Shown: in pieces, positions 18,434 through 27,634 of the stretch
Position numbering within the stretch: position 1 is the first letter of the stretch
How the letters are laid out: each line of letters begins with the position of its first letter
Source: Terrimicrobiaceae bacterium
GTDB lineage: Bacteria; Verrucomicrobiota; Verrucomicrobiia; Chthoniobacterales; Terrimicrobiaceae
Assembly (NCBI GenBank): GCA_041752695.1
Contig: JBGSVZ010000100.1
Coordinates: forward strand, 1-52,680
Reading direction: 5' to 3'
Length of the DNA: 52,680 nt
The notes under the pieces: model-generated
Told to the model about the DNA's origin: nothing
Database searches by the model: none
The model's input: only the letters and a program-made list of their open reading frames with translations
Position numbers and translations under genes: made by a program

Positions 18434-20218
18434 CTATTGCTCGTATTGCCCGGCCCGATACAGCTCCGCGTAGACCCCGCCTCGCGCAAGCAATTCCGGA
18501 CCGGTGCCGGATTCGGCGACAGTGCCATTTTGCAGCACAATAATGCGGCCGAGACTGTGGATAGTAGCTAAGCGGTGGGTGATGACCAGCGTGGTTCGCC
18601 CGCGCATGAGTTCACCAATGGTTTCCATAATGGCGTGCTCCGTGCCAGGGTCCAAGGCGCTGGTGGGTTCGTCGAGGAGAAGAATCGGGGCATCCTTGAG
18701 GAAAGCCCGGGCGATGCCGATGCGCTGGCGCTGACCCACGCTGAGATGGCCGCCGCGTTCCCCGACCGGACTTTCGAAACCCTGCGGCATGGCCATGATA
18801 AAATCATAAGCCTGGGCGCGTCTGGCGGCCTCAATGATTTGGGCGTCGGTCGCATCGGGTCGGCCGTAAGCGATATTCTCCTTAATGGTGGTGGAAAACA
18901 GTACGGTGTCCTGCAGGACCATGCCAATTTGGAGTCGCAGGGAGTTTTTGGTGAGAGAGCGGAGGTCGTGGCCGTCGATGAACACCTCGCCGCCGAGGGG
19001 ATCGTAAAATCGCGGCACGAGGCTCATCAAGGTGCTTTTGCCCGCGCCGGTGCCACCGACGAAGGCAACACTTTCGCCGGGGGCGACGGTCAGATTGACA
19101 TCTTTCAGAATGAGGCGGTCCGGAGAATATCCGAAGCTGACATGGCGGAGTTCGATCTCGCCTTTCACCGTCGCGAGGGTTTGGGCGTTGGGCGCTTCCG
19201 GCACGTCGTTCTCGCGGTCCAACACTTCGAAACACCGCGTGACAGCAGCGGCCGCGCCCTCCAGCGCCCAGGCCGTATAGCTAAGTTGCTCCAGCGGCGT
19301 GTAGAGGGCTGGGAGGTAGGCAATGAAGACGGTGAGATCGCCGAGGGTGAGGTTCCCGGACAGCACCTGACGCGAACCGACATAATACATCAACGCCGTG
19401 CCAATGGCCATGACGGTGCTGACCACGAGCGTGCTCACGATCGATGTGGTGTTAAAACGCAGGCTGGCTTCCAGGCTGCGGGAAGCGCGGTCGTGGAATT
19501 GCCGGATTTCAAAGTCTTCCCGACCAAAAGCGTGGACCATCCGGATTTGCGCGATTCCTTCCTGGGTGAGCGTAAGCAGGTCGCTCTCCCGTTCCTGGAT
19601 GGTGGTGGACTGCCTCCGCACGCGGTCCGCGTAGTGCCGGATCGTCAGAAAAACCAGCGGCAGAACGGCCATCGAGGTGAGAGCGAGCGGCCAGTTCATC
19701 CACACCATGATGCCAAAGGTGAGGATGAGCATGAGCACGGAACTTAGGATGGTGGCGAACCCCTTGTTGTAGATCGTCTGGATGGCCTGCGAGTCGTAAG
19801 CCACCCGGAAGCTGGAGTCCGCGCTGCGGCGGGAGTCGTGAAATTTCAGCGGCAGCGCCTGCAGGCTCGCGTAGAGATCCGTCCGCAGCCGCATGAGGGA
19901 ATGTAGTCCGACGCGGATAAAAAGCAGGTTCGACGCGAGATTGATGACCCCGCCAAGGATGATGATGATGACCAGCGCGAGGCAGAGCCAGAGGGCGACC
20001 TGGGCCGGAGGCGCATCCCCAAACCATGACGCGAGGAGGGCTCGGGTTTCCGCCGTACCGCTGGCGGCATCCGTGGGCAGGACGCCGTCGACAATGTATT
20101 TGAACGGCCAAGGGCGGAGGGAATTGACCACGATCCCCAGAAACGTGAGCAAAATGCCCCCGATGGTTGGCACTAGGTGGGGGCGGAAATAGCGAAACGC
20201 TCTGGCGTAAACGGACAC
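18434..20218 (-). CDS. ABC exporter, fused permease/ATPase (MsbA/MdlB-like)
   Basis: N-terminal TM domain, then GGTGAGKS, LSVGQRQR, LLLDEPTSALD and an H-loop. Confidence 0.92.
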   Translation of the reverse strand: MSVYARAFRYFRPHLVPTIGGILLTFLGIVVNSLRPWPFKYIVDGVLPTDAASGTAETRALLASWFGDAPPAQVALWLCLALVIIIILGGVINLASNLLFIRVGLHSLMRLRTDLYASLQALPLKFHDSRRSADSSFRVAYDSQAIQTIYNKGFATILSSVLMLILTFGIMVWMNWPLALTSMAVLPLVFLTIRHYADRVRRQSTTIQERESDLLTLTQEGIAQIRMVHAFGREDFEIRQFHDRASRSLEASLRFNTTSIVSTLVVSTVMAIGTALMYYVGSRQVLSGNLTLGDLTVFIAYLPALYTPLEQLSYTAWALEGAAAAVTRCFEVLDRENDVPEAPNAQTLATVKGEIELRHVSFGYSPDRLILKDVNLTVAPGESVAFVGGTGAGKSTLMSLVPRFYDPLGGEVFIDGHDLRSLTKNSLRLQIGMVLQDTVLFSTTIKENIAYGRPDATDAQIIEAARRAQAYDFIMAMPQGFESPVGERGGHLSVGQRQRIGIARAFLKDAPILLLDEPTSALDPGTEHAIMETIGELMRGRTTLVITHRLATIHSLGRIIVLQNGTVAESGTGPELLARGGVYAELYRAGQYEQ

Positions 20219-20350
20219 AGTCCTCCCGTGTTGCTTGGAAATACGGACGGTGGAAAGCGAAAAGTGGACGGAGACGCGGCGGTCGGAAACCAGGACGGAC
20301 TGAACATCCGGGGTTGCCTTTGCAATACATTGTGATTACAAGGCCCGGAG

Positions 20351-23300
20351 ATGCAAAGCTCCCAAAGTGCGTCCTTGCGAACAATGGTCGCGCGGGTTTC
20401 ACCGGACGACATCGTCATTTATGCAAATGGCGCCCTGGCGGCGTATCTGAAAGTTCGCAAACGCGAGTTGGTGGGCTCGCCCCTGGACGTGCTGGCCCGA
20501 CGGGCCCGGGGGGAAATTTCCACGTGTTTTGCCCGGCCGGAGACCGGTCGGACCAGCAACCATCTGGTGACCGATGCGGATGGGAGGGTTTTTGAAGCCA
20601 AATCGTATTCTGACGGTGGCGTGCTCGACATCGTGCTCGACGAGGTGACGACGGCGGAGTCAATCGGGCGGGAGTTGCGCGGTTCCAGTGGCACGCCGTT
20701 TGAGTCCCTGAGTGAGGACGAACTTCGCACCACGCGCCATCCCGAACGGCGTTATCTCACCGTGAGCTACACCCAGCTTCGCGGGGTGGCGAACGTGGCC
20801 GAGCGCCTGGCGCCCATGGAAGTGCGGCTGATGGTGAATTCTTTTGTGGAAGAGGCTGCCGATGCGGTTTTTGACGCGGGATGCACGGTGGGGGAGACGA
20901 CCGGCGACGCCATCCTGGGGATCTACGGAGCACCGCGCTATTTCGCGGATCACCCGCTTCGGGCCATTCGGGCCGCCTGCGATCAGATGCAAAAGGCCGC
21001 CAGCCTGCACGCAGGGCTGTATCGCGAAGGCAAGGAGCTTCCGCCCTGTTCCTGCGGGATCTGGACCGGGGATACTCTGGTCGGCACGCTGGGTAATTCC
21101 GCCTGGCAACATTATACCGCGCTGGGTGCGCCGGTCGAACTGGCGCAGCGACTCGCCAAGCTGGCCCGGCCGGGGGAGATTCTTGTGCCGGAACACACGC
21201 TTACCCATTTGCTGAGGGTCCTGCCGGAGGGTTGGGAACATGTCCGGGCGGAGGGCGAGAATGAGCCCGATCTGAGCGACTTCCAGTGGTCGGGCGATGA
21301 GGTCGCGCCCGTGGCGGAACATCTCCGCAAAATCGTTTATCTGGTTGGCCCGGGGGTGAAGGAAGACACCGACCGGATGGAATTTTATTTTGACTACCTC
21401 TGGGCCTTTCGGGTGCCTGGCCGGGATCAGGAAATTCCCATCTTGCGCGTCATGCGGCCCTCCCTGGTCGGGGACTCCCTGGAGCTGAGCAACGACAACG
21501 TCGTAACCACGCAGATCGCGCAGACGCTTGGCAAATACAAGCTCGTTGAGGTGATCGGCGTCGGCGGGATGGGCAAGGTGTGGCGAGGGGTGGACCGCTT
21601 CGGAAACTCCGTCGCCATCAAGGTGCTGCATTCGAACGAAACCGTCACCGAAGCTCAGCTGAAGCGGTTTCGCCGCGAGGCGGAGATCATGGCTCGCCTG
21701 CCACACAGGAATATCTGCCGCGTCTTCGAGATGAACGAATACGAGAGTATCCATTACATCGCGATGGAGTTCATTGACGGTCTGTCGCTCTCGGATCTGC
21801 TTTACGAAAAAACGTCCTCCGAATCCGAGGGCCGGTCCATGAACAATGTGGACCTTAAGGCGCTCATCGGTTCCCTGCGCTCGGAAAAACCGCTGCGGGA
21901 CCAGGCCGAGCAGGCGCAGGCGGAAAGCGGTGAGGAACCGCCGCCGCGACCGAAAAAGACCCGCGTTCTCCCCGTCGAGCAGACCCTCAGCATCATGCTC
22001 AAAGTGTGCGATGCCGTTGAGTTTGCCCACGAACACGGCGTGCTGCATCGCGATCTGAAACCGGGAAACATTCTCCTCCGCGAAGACGGGGAACCGCTGG
22101 TGGCGGATTTTGGCCTGGCGAAACTGAATTCGCCCGACGCCACCCGCTCGCTTTCCATGACCGGTCACGTCGTTGGCACGCTGGAAAACATGTCGCCCGA
22201 ACAGGCGGAATCCAGCAAGGACGTGGACGAGCGGGCCGATGTGTACAGCATTGGGACCATTCTGTACCAGATGCTTACGGGACGCCGCCATTTTGAGGCC
22301 ACCGGCAATATCGTCGCCGACGCCCAGAGTTTGAAAACCCACGAGCCGCAGCGTCTGCGGGTCCATAATCCCCAGATCGAATCCGACCTCGAAATCATCA
22401 CCCTCAAGGCCCTGCGCAACGACCCGGTTGAACGCTACCGCAGCATCGCCGCCCTCAAGGCTGATATCGAACACTACCGCCGCGGCGAAGTGATCAGCGC
22501 CCGGCCGGTTTCCTGGGCCGAGGTGACGCGCAAGATGATCCAGCGGAACAAAGGGGTGGCCGCCGTGGTGCTCGCCTCCTGCGCGATTTTTATCGTCGGC
22601 ACGCTGGCGGCGATCGCCCTGCTTTCCCAATCGCTCTCGGAAAAAACCCAGGCCCTGAAGGACCTGGAAGTCCAAAAAATCCAGGTGCAGGAAAAGGGAG
22701 TGCTTCTGGCTCAGAACGAGGAAGCCTTGAGGGCGCAGCAGGCTTCCGTCGAATTGACGAGGAAGCAGGCCAAGCTCGAATCGGAAAGAGCCAACGCCGA
22801 CAAAGAACAGGCCAACAAAGCCCTCGCGGATCTGCAGGCGGCTCAGGAGGAATCCGTCAAGGCTCTCGCCATGACAAAAGAGGCCCTGGAAAAGACGGAG
22901 GAAGAAAAGGAAGAGGCCAAGCGACGGCAGCTGGATGCGGAGAAAAACCTGGAAAATCTGGCACGGGCCAACGAGATCAAATTCGAGGCCATCAGGGAGC
23001 GCCGCCTGGGAGGTTTCCAAGGCACGCAGGACCCGCAGGACGCCCGCCCGCTTCATGATGCGTTCGGGCAGGCCAATCAGATTCTGGGACTGGAGTTTTC
23101 CCCCTATGTGTTGCAGCGACCCGACTTCGACACCGCCAAGTTGATCCGGCGAATCTCGGAGGGACTCGACGTGGTCTCAGGTGCGCTTTTGATCAACCGT
23201 GAGTTTGTGCCGGGTTGGATCGCCAAGGGCCGTTTCCACCTTGCCCTCATGGAATTCGACGAGGCCGCTGAGAGCTTTGGGCAGGCGGCCCGGGCCGCCA

Positions 23301-24148
23301 AAGTTGGCCTTTTTCCCGTTCCCTCGGAAAGCAACCCCGTGGAGTTGCAGGAACTCGCCAAAAACCTGGCTCGTGCCCCCGGGGAAAAATCCGTCAAAGC
23401 GGTGGATGAGCTGCGCCGGTTTCAGGATCCTCAGAATCAGAATGTGGCCGCCATAATCGAGGTCCTGGCGAAATCCCGCAAAGGTTCGGCGTTCGACGCC
23501 CAGGAGCGCGCGATTTTTGCCAACGAGGCGGCGGTGGCGTTGAGGTCCCTCAACGGCGAGGGCGTGCAGGCCTTCGGTGAGCCGGGAAAGGAGGAGCTTG
23601 TTTTGTGGGGCGCAGAGGACTTTGCGAATCTCTCGCCGCTCAAGGACAAGCAGGTGAAAAGCGTGGCCATTCACGGGGCGCAGACCCTCGACTGGGCGAC
23701 CCTGCAAAGTCTGCCCCTCGAGACGCTCGATCTCTCGCGGTGCCGTTTTGAAACATTTCCCGTTGCACCCCGGGCTTTTCTGAAAGTCAAAACCCTCCGC
23801 CTGTCCGCCACTCCCCTCGCCACGCTGGATTTTGTCCGCTACCTGGCCCAGCTCCAATCCCTCGACATTTCCGATACTCACGTCCTGGATCTGGCCGCCC
23901 TGCGGAACGTTCGTCTCCAGGAACTCAACGTTGCCGGGCTGGATCCGGCGAATCTGAGGGTCCTGGGTTTCCTGCCCCTCCGCGCTCTCACGCTCAGCCC
24001 CATGTTGATCAAGGATCGGACTTCGTTGAATTCGCTCCGGTTGCACCGCAACCTCAGAATCATCCGCGCTCCTGATGATCCTGCGGATCAAACCGCCGCC
24101 GCCTTCTGGCAGAAGCTGGACTCCGGCTACTACAACGAAGCGCAGTAG
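20351..24148 (+). CDS. Fusion: PAS-like / degenerate class III nucleotide cyclase / Ser-Thr kinase / TM / coiled coil / TPR-like / LRR
   Basis: Cyclase-like motifs at ~20740-21200 (TGDAILGIYGAP, GIWTG, YTALG..V.LAQRL). Kinase at ~21530-22480 (GVGGMG, VAIK, HRDLKPGN, DFG). TM at ~22553-22627. LxxLxLxx repeats at ~23620-24070. Confidence 0.85.
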   Translation: MQSSQSASLRTMVARVSPDDIVIYANGALAAYLKVRKRELVGSPLDVLARRARGEISTCFARPETGRTSNHLVTDADGRVFEAKSYSDGGVLDIVLDEVTTAESIGRELRGSSGTPFESLSEDELRTTRHPERRYLTVSYTQLRGVANVAERLAPMEVRLMVNSFVEEAADAVFDAGCTVGETTGDAILGIYGAPRYFADHPLRAIRAACDQMQKAASLHAGLYREGKELPPCSCGIWTGDTLVGTLGNSAWQHYTALGAPVELAQRLAKLARPGEILVPEHTLTHLLRVLPEGWEHVRAEGENEPDLSDFQWSGDEVAPVAEHLRKIVYLVGPGVKEDTDRMEFYFDYLWAFRVPGRDQEIPILRVMRPSLVGDSLELSNDNVVTTQIAQTLGKYKLVEVIGVGGMGKVWRGVDRFGNSVAIKVLHSNETVTEAQLKRFRREAEIMARLPHRNICRVFEMNEYESIHYIAMEFIDGLSLSDLLYEKTSSESEGRSMNNVDLKALIGSLRSEKPLRDQAEQAQAESGEEPPPRPKKTRVLPVEQTLSIMLKVCDAVEFAHEHGVLHRDLKPGNILLREDGEPLVADFGLAKLNSPDATRSLSMTGHVVGTLENMSPEQAESSKDVDERADVYSIGTILYQMLTGRRHFEATGNIVADAQSLKTHEPQRLRVHNPQIESDLEIITLKALRNDPVERYRSIAALKADIEHYRRGEVISARPVSWAEVTRKMIQRNKGVAAVVLASCAIFIVGTLAAIALLSQSLSEKTQALKDLEVQKIQVQEKGVLLAQNEEALRAQQASVELTRKQAKLESERANADKEQANKALADLQAAQEESVKALAMTKEALEKTEEEKEEAKRRQLDAEKNLENLARANEIKFEAIRERRLGGFQGTQDPQDARPLHDAFGQANQILGLEFSPYVLQRPDFDTAKLIRRISEGLDVVSGALLINREFVPGWIAKGRFHLALMEFDEAAESFGQAARAAKVGLFPVPSESNPVELQELAKNLARAPGEKSVKAVDELRRFQDPQNQNVAAIIEVLAKSRKGSAFDAQERAIFANEAAVALRSLNGEGVQAFGEPGKEELVLWGAEDFANLSPLKDKQVKSVAIHGAQTLDWATLQSLPLETLDLSRCRFETFPVAPRAFLKVKTLRLSATPLATLDFVRYLAQLQSLDISDTHVLDLAALRNVRLQELNVAGLDPANLRVLGFLPLRALTLSPMLIKDRTSLNSLRLHRNLRIIRAPDDPADQTAAAFWQKLDSGYYNEAQ

Positions 24149-24267
24149 TTCCAGGATGGACGACGACTGGCCGCAGGATGCCGCGGCTCTAAAAAAATCG
24201 GCGAATATTTTGAACAAAGGGCCGGGTGGCGCGTCTAATTCGTAAACACCTTGTAAATACGCAAGCT

Positions 24268-24450
24268 ATGAAAAATCCCTATTCCAAAATCAATCGCAAG
24301 AACTACACCCTGGGTGAGCTGGTCGAGATTGTTTCGTCCTGCGCGCGTGACAGCCGCGAGTCCGTCGCCGCGTTGGTGGACCTCTTTGAAAGCGGCCGCG
24401 TAAAGCTCGAAAATCACGGCAAGCTCAAAGCCGTCCGCATCGGCTGCTGA
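24268..24450 (+). CDS. Small hypothetical protein (60 aa)
   Basis: ATG after an AT-rich leader, host-like codons, and a TLGELV...LFESGRVK helical pattern. Confidence 0.55.
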   Translation: MKNPYSKINRKNYTLGELVEIVSSCARDSRESVAALVDLFESGRVKLENHGKLKAVRIGC

Positions 24451-24459
24451 GCGGAAGAC

Positions 24460-24541
24460 GAGACACGAATTTCACGAATGACCACGAATTTTTCGGAGGT
24501 TCACCGCCTCAGTTCGTGCCAATTTGTGAAATTCGTGTCTC
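24460..24541. repeat. Hairpin element with CACGAAT sub-repeats, copy 2
   Basis: GAGACACGAATTTCACGAAT pairs with ATTTGTGAAATTCGTGTCTC. CACGAAT occurs at 24464, 24473 and 24483. Confidence 0.75.
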
Positions 24542-24571
24542 TCCTCCCTCCTTTTTGATTATCCTCGTCGG

Positions 24572-24988
24572 ATGGTTGAATTTTTTGTCGTTTACGAAGG
24601 CGACCTTCGCTGTCGCTCCACCCACGGTCCCTCCGGATCGAGTCTCTCGACCGATGCCCCCGCGGACAACATGGGTCGGGGCGAGTCCTTCAGTCCCACC
24701 GACCTTACGGCCACGTCTCTTGCCACCTGCATGCTCACCACCATGGGCATCGGGGCGAAAAAGAACGGCCTCGATATTGATATCACCGGTGCCGGTGCCC
24801 GCGTGGTCAAACACATGACCTCCGCGCCACCCCGTCGCATTGCCAAGATCGAGGTGGAACTCGACATTCCCGCGCCTCTCGATCATCCCGATCGCGCCAA
24901 GATCGAGCAGTTCGCTCTCCAATGCCCCGTCGCCCTCAGCCTTCATCCCGACGTGGAAAAGGCCGTAACGTTTCGCTGGATCGGGTGA
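24572..24988 (+). CDS. OsmC/YhfA family protein
   Basis: Motifs TDAPADNMGRGESFSPTDL..SLATC and CPVALSL. Confidence 0.88.
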   Translation: MVEFFVVYEGDLRCRSTHGPSGSSLSTDAPADNMGRGESFSPTDLTATSLATCMLTTMGIGAKKNGLDIDITGAGARVVKHMTSAPPRRIAKIEVELDIPAPLDHPDRAKIEQFALQCPVALSLHPDVEKAVTFRWIG

Positions 24989-25046
24989 TCTCCCGATTTG
25001 AGCGTTCAGCGTTGCGCGCTGCGACCACGTCCGGTAGTTTCCGCGG

Positions 25047-26345
25047 GTGATTGACCGTTACTCTCTTCCGCAAATGCGCTCGCTCTGGACCGAGCAGCGC
25101 AAGCTTGAAATCTGGCTCGAAATCGAAGTCCTGGCCTGCGAAGCCATGGCGGAATTCGGCACTATCCCCAGGGAGGACGCCGTCACCATTCGGGAAAAGG
25201 CGGCCTTCCAAATCGAAAACGTGCGCGAGATCGAAAAGCGCACCAATCACGATGTCATCGCTTTTCTCGAAGATGTCGCCTCCCGGGTCGGTCCGGCTTC
25301 CCGTTGGATCCACCAGGGCCTGACTTCCTCGGATCTGCTCGACACCACCCTGGCGGTGCAGATGAATTCGGCTTGCGAGATTCTGCATGAAGATTTGAAC
25401 CAATTGCGCGAGGTGATTGCGAAGCGGGCGATCGAACACAAATTCACGCCGATGATCGGCCGCAGCCACGGAATCCACGCCGAGCCCATCACCTTCGGGC
25501 TGAAGATGGCGTTGATGTATGACGAGTTTTCCCGCAGCACCCAGCGCCTCCTGGAAATGCGCGAGCGCATCAAAGTGGGCAAGATCAGCGGCGCCGTAGG
25601 CACGCACGCCCACCTGGATCCGCGGGTGGAGAAGTTTGTTTGCGAAAAACTCGGACTCCAACCCTCCGCGCTTTCCACCCAGATCATCCAGCGGGACCGT
25701 CATGCCGAATTCATGACCGTGCTTGCCCTGATCGCGAGTTCGATCGACCGCTGGGCGACCGAGTTTCGCCACCTGCAGCGCACGGAGGTTCTTGAAGTGG
25801 AGGAATATTTTGCCGCCGGCCAGAAGGGGAGTTCCGCCATGCCCCACAAGCGCAATCCCATCACGGGCGAACGCCTCAGCGGCATTGCCCGTGTCATCCG
25901 CGGAAATGCCGTGGCCGCGCTGGAAAATGTCGCCCTCTGGCACGAACGCGACATCAGTCACAGTTCGGTGGAACGCATCATCCTGCCCGACTCGACCACG
26001 CTGGTGGATTACATGCTCGTCCAACTGCGCAAGCTCGTGGAAGGCCTCCAGGTTTATCCCGAGAACATGAAACGGAACATGGAGATCACCGGCGGCCTCT
26101 ACGCCAGCCAGTCGGCCCTTCTTATGCTCACCACCAAGGGGCTCGAACGCAAGGATGCCTACGAGGCGGTGCAGCGCGCCGCGATGAAGACGTGGAAGGA
26201 AGGCGGAAACTTCGCCGAGAACCTGGCCTCGGAGCCCACGGTGTCCGCCCATTTGAACCGCGAAGACATCGTCCACGCCTGCGCGCCGGACCGGCATTTC
26301 CGCTTCGTCGAGGACAAGCTTCGCGCGGTCGGGATCGTCGGTTAG
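25047..26345 (+). CDS. purB: Adenylosuccinate lyase
   Basis: Motifs MIDRY, HDVIAF, GLTSSD, GRSHGIHAEP and GSSAMPHKRNP. Confidence 0.96.
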   Translation: MIDRYSLPQMRSLWTEQRKLEIWLEIEVLACEAMAEFGTIPREDAVTIREKAAFQIENVREIEKRTNHDVIAFLEDVASRVGPASRWIHQGLTSSDLLDTTLAVQMNSACEILHEDLNQLREVIAKRAIEHKFTPMIGRSHGIHAEPITFGLKMALMYDEFSRSTQRLLEMRERIKVGKISGAVGTHAHLDPRVEKFVCEKLGLQPSALSTQIIQRDRHAEFMTVLALIASSIDRWATEFRHLQRTEVLEVEEYFAAGQKGSSAMPHKRNPITGERLSGIARVIRGNAVAALENVALWHERDISHSSVERIILPDSTTLVDYMLVQLRKLVEGLQVYPENMKRNMEITGGLYASQSALLMLTTKGLERKDAYEAVQRAAMKTWKEGGNFAENLASEPTVSAHLNREDIVHACAPDRHFRFVEDKLRAVGIVG

Positions 26346-26379
26346 TTGCAATTGTTCACTCTGCTGCTATCGAAAACTT

Positions 26380-27567
26380 ATGCGCTTTTCTGTTTATCTT
26401 CTCCTCGGGTGTCTGGCCTTCGCCGGCTGCAAGCGGAAATCCGACGCCCAGCCTGCCCCCGAGGTCGCGGCCGTCGCCACTCCGGCCCCCGCCGCCACCC
26501 CGGAGGCCACCCCAACGCCGGAACCCATCGATCTGAACTCGCAGGTCGTTGTCTTGTGTTACCACCGGTTCGAGGAAAAGGGCGGACGGGAGATGGTCAG
26601 CACACCGGCGGAGTTTGAAGCCCAGCTCCAGGCGCTGAAGGACAACGATATCACCGTCATTTCCATGGACGACTTCCTGGCCTGGAGACGGGGCGAGAAA
26701 AGCATCCCCGCCAAGTCCGCGGTGATCACTCTCGATGACGGCTGGGTCACCGGCTACACCACCGCCTGGCCGTTGTTGAAGAAATTCAATTACCCGTTCA
26801 CGATGTTCATCTATACGGATTACGTGAAAGGCGGCGCCAAGGCTGGCGGGCAGTCCATGACCTGGGATCAACTGGCGGAAATGCGCGACGCCGGGGTGGA
26901 TATCGCCAGTCACACCGTGAGCCACACCGGACTCAATGCCAAAAAAGGCCGGTCAGACGAGGAATATCGTCAATGGTTGAAAAGTGAGATCGCGGGCTCC
27001 AAGCAGCTCATTGAAGAAAAGTTGGGCATTCAGGTGAAGACCATCGCCTACCCCTACGGTCTGCACAACGACACCGTGCGCGAGGTGGTCAAGGAGTCCG
27101 GCTACGAAGGCGGATTCACCGTTTACGGGCAGCACATGAGCAATGGCGGAGATCCGACCCTGCTGGGTCGCTTTGCCCTCGATTCCAAAAATGGCGAAGT
27201 TTTCACGAAACGCGTCGTCGCCTTTCCGGGTGCGGGCACCGCCCCGTCCGCGGCGGCGGCCACGACGATCATGCCCGCCGGGGCCTCCATGATGACCCAA
27301 CCCATGGAAGGGGAGGTGGTCACCGCTTCCGAGCCTGAGATCAAAATCAATCTGGCCGCCCTCGGCAACGTCGATCCCAAGAGCGTCACCATGCGGGTGA
27401 GCGGCGTGGGGGCCGTGCCCGCGAAGTATGATCCGGAAACCAAGCTGCTTTCCTACAAACTGACCCAGAAAGTTTACGCCAAGCAAGTGACGGTGATTGT
27501 CAGCGCCACCGCCAACGGCAAGAAGGTGGAAACGCGCTGGTCGTTCCAGCTCGCGCCTCCGGCGTAG
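26380..27567 (+). CDS. Lipoprotein polysaccharide deacetylase (CE4/NodB-like) with C-terminal beta domain
   Basis: Lipobox LAFAGC and an A/P/T linker. Motifs LCYH, ITLDDGW, SHTVSH and AYPYG. Confidence 0.85.
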   Translation: MRFSVYLLLGCLAFAGCKRKSDAQPAPEVAAVATPAPAATPEATPTPEPIDLNSQVVVLCYHRFEEKGGREMVSTPAEFEAQLQALKDNDITVISMDDFLAWRRGEKSIPAKSAVITLDDGWVTGYTTAWPLLKKFNYPFTMFIYTDYVKGGAKAGGQSMTWDQLAEMRDAGVDIASHTVSHTGLNAKKGRSDEEYRQWLKSEIAGSKQLIEEKLGIQVKTIAYPYGLHNDTVREVVKESGYEGGFTVYGQHMSNGGDPTLLGRFALDSKNGEVFTKRVVAFPGAGTAPSAAAATTIMPAGASMMTQPMEGEVVTASEPEIKINLAALGNVDPKSVTMRVSGVGAVPAKYDPETKLLSYKLTQKVYAKQVTVIVSATANGKKVETRWSFQLAPPA

Positions 27568-27634
27568 CCACGGAGCGCAATTAGGCTTTTCTCCACCGAT
27601 TGCGCGCTGAGAATAACCCCTCAGGGGCTCTTTT

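Noticed and set aside
20660..23056. 798-aa minus-strand ORF
   Set aside because: Antisense shadow of the cyclase-kinase fusion.
26380..27567. Polysaccharide deacetylase as part of the glucan locus
   Set aside because: Co-oriented with purB, convergent with the GH operon and lacks the operator motif.
27568..27634. Possible bidirectional terminator between convergent genes
   Set aside because: Only short imperfect stems; not convincing enough to call.
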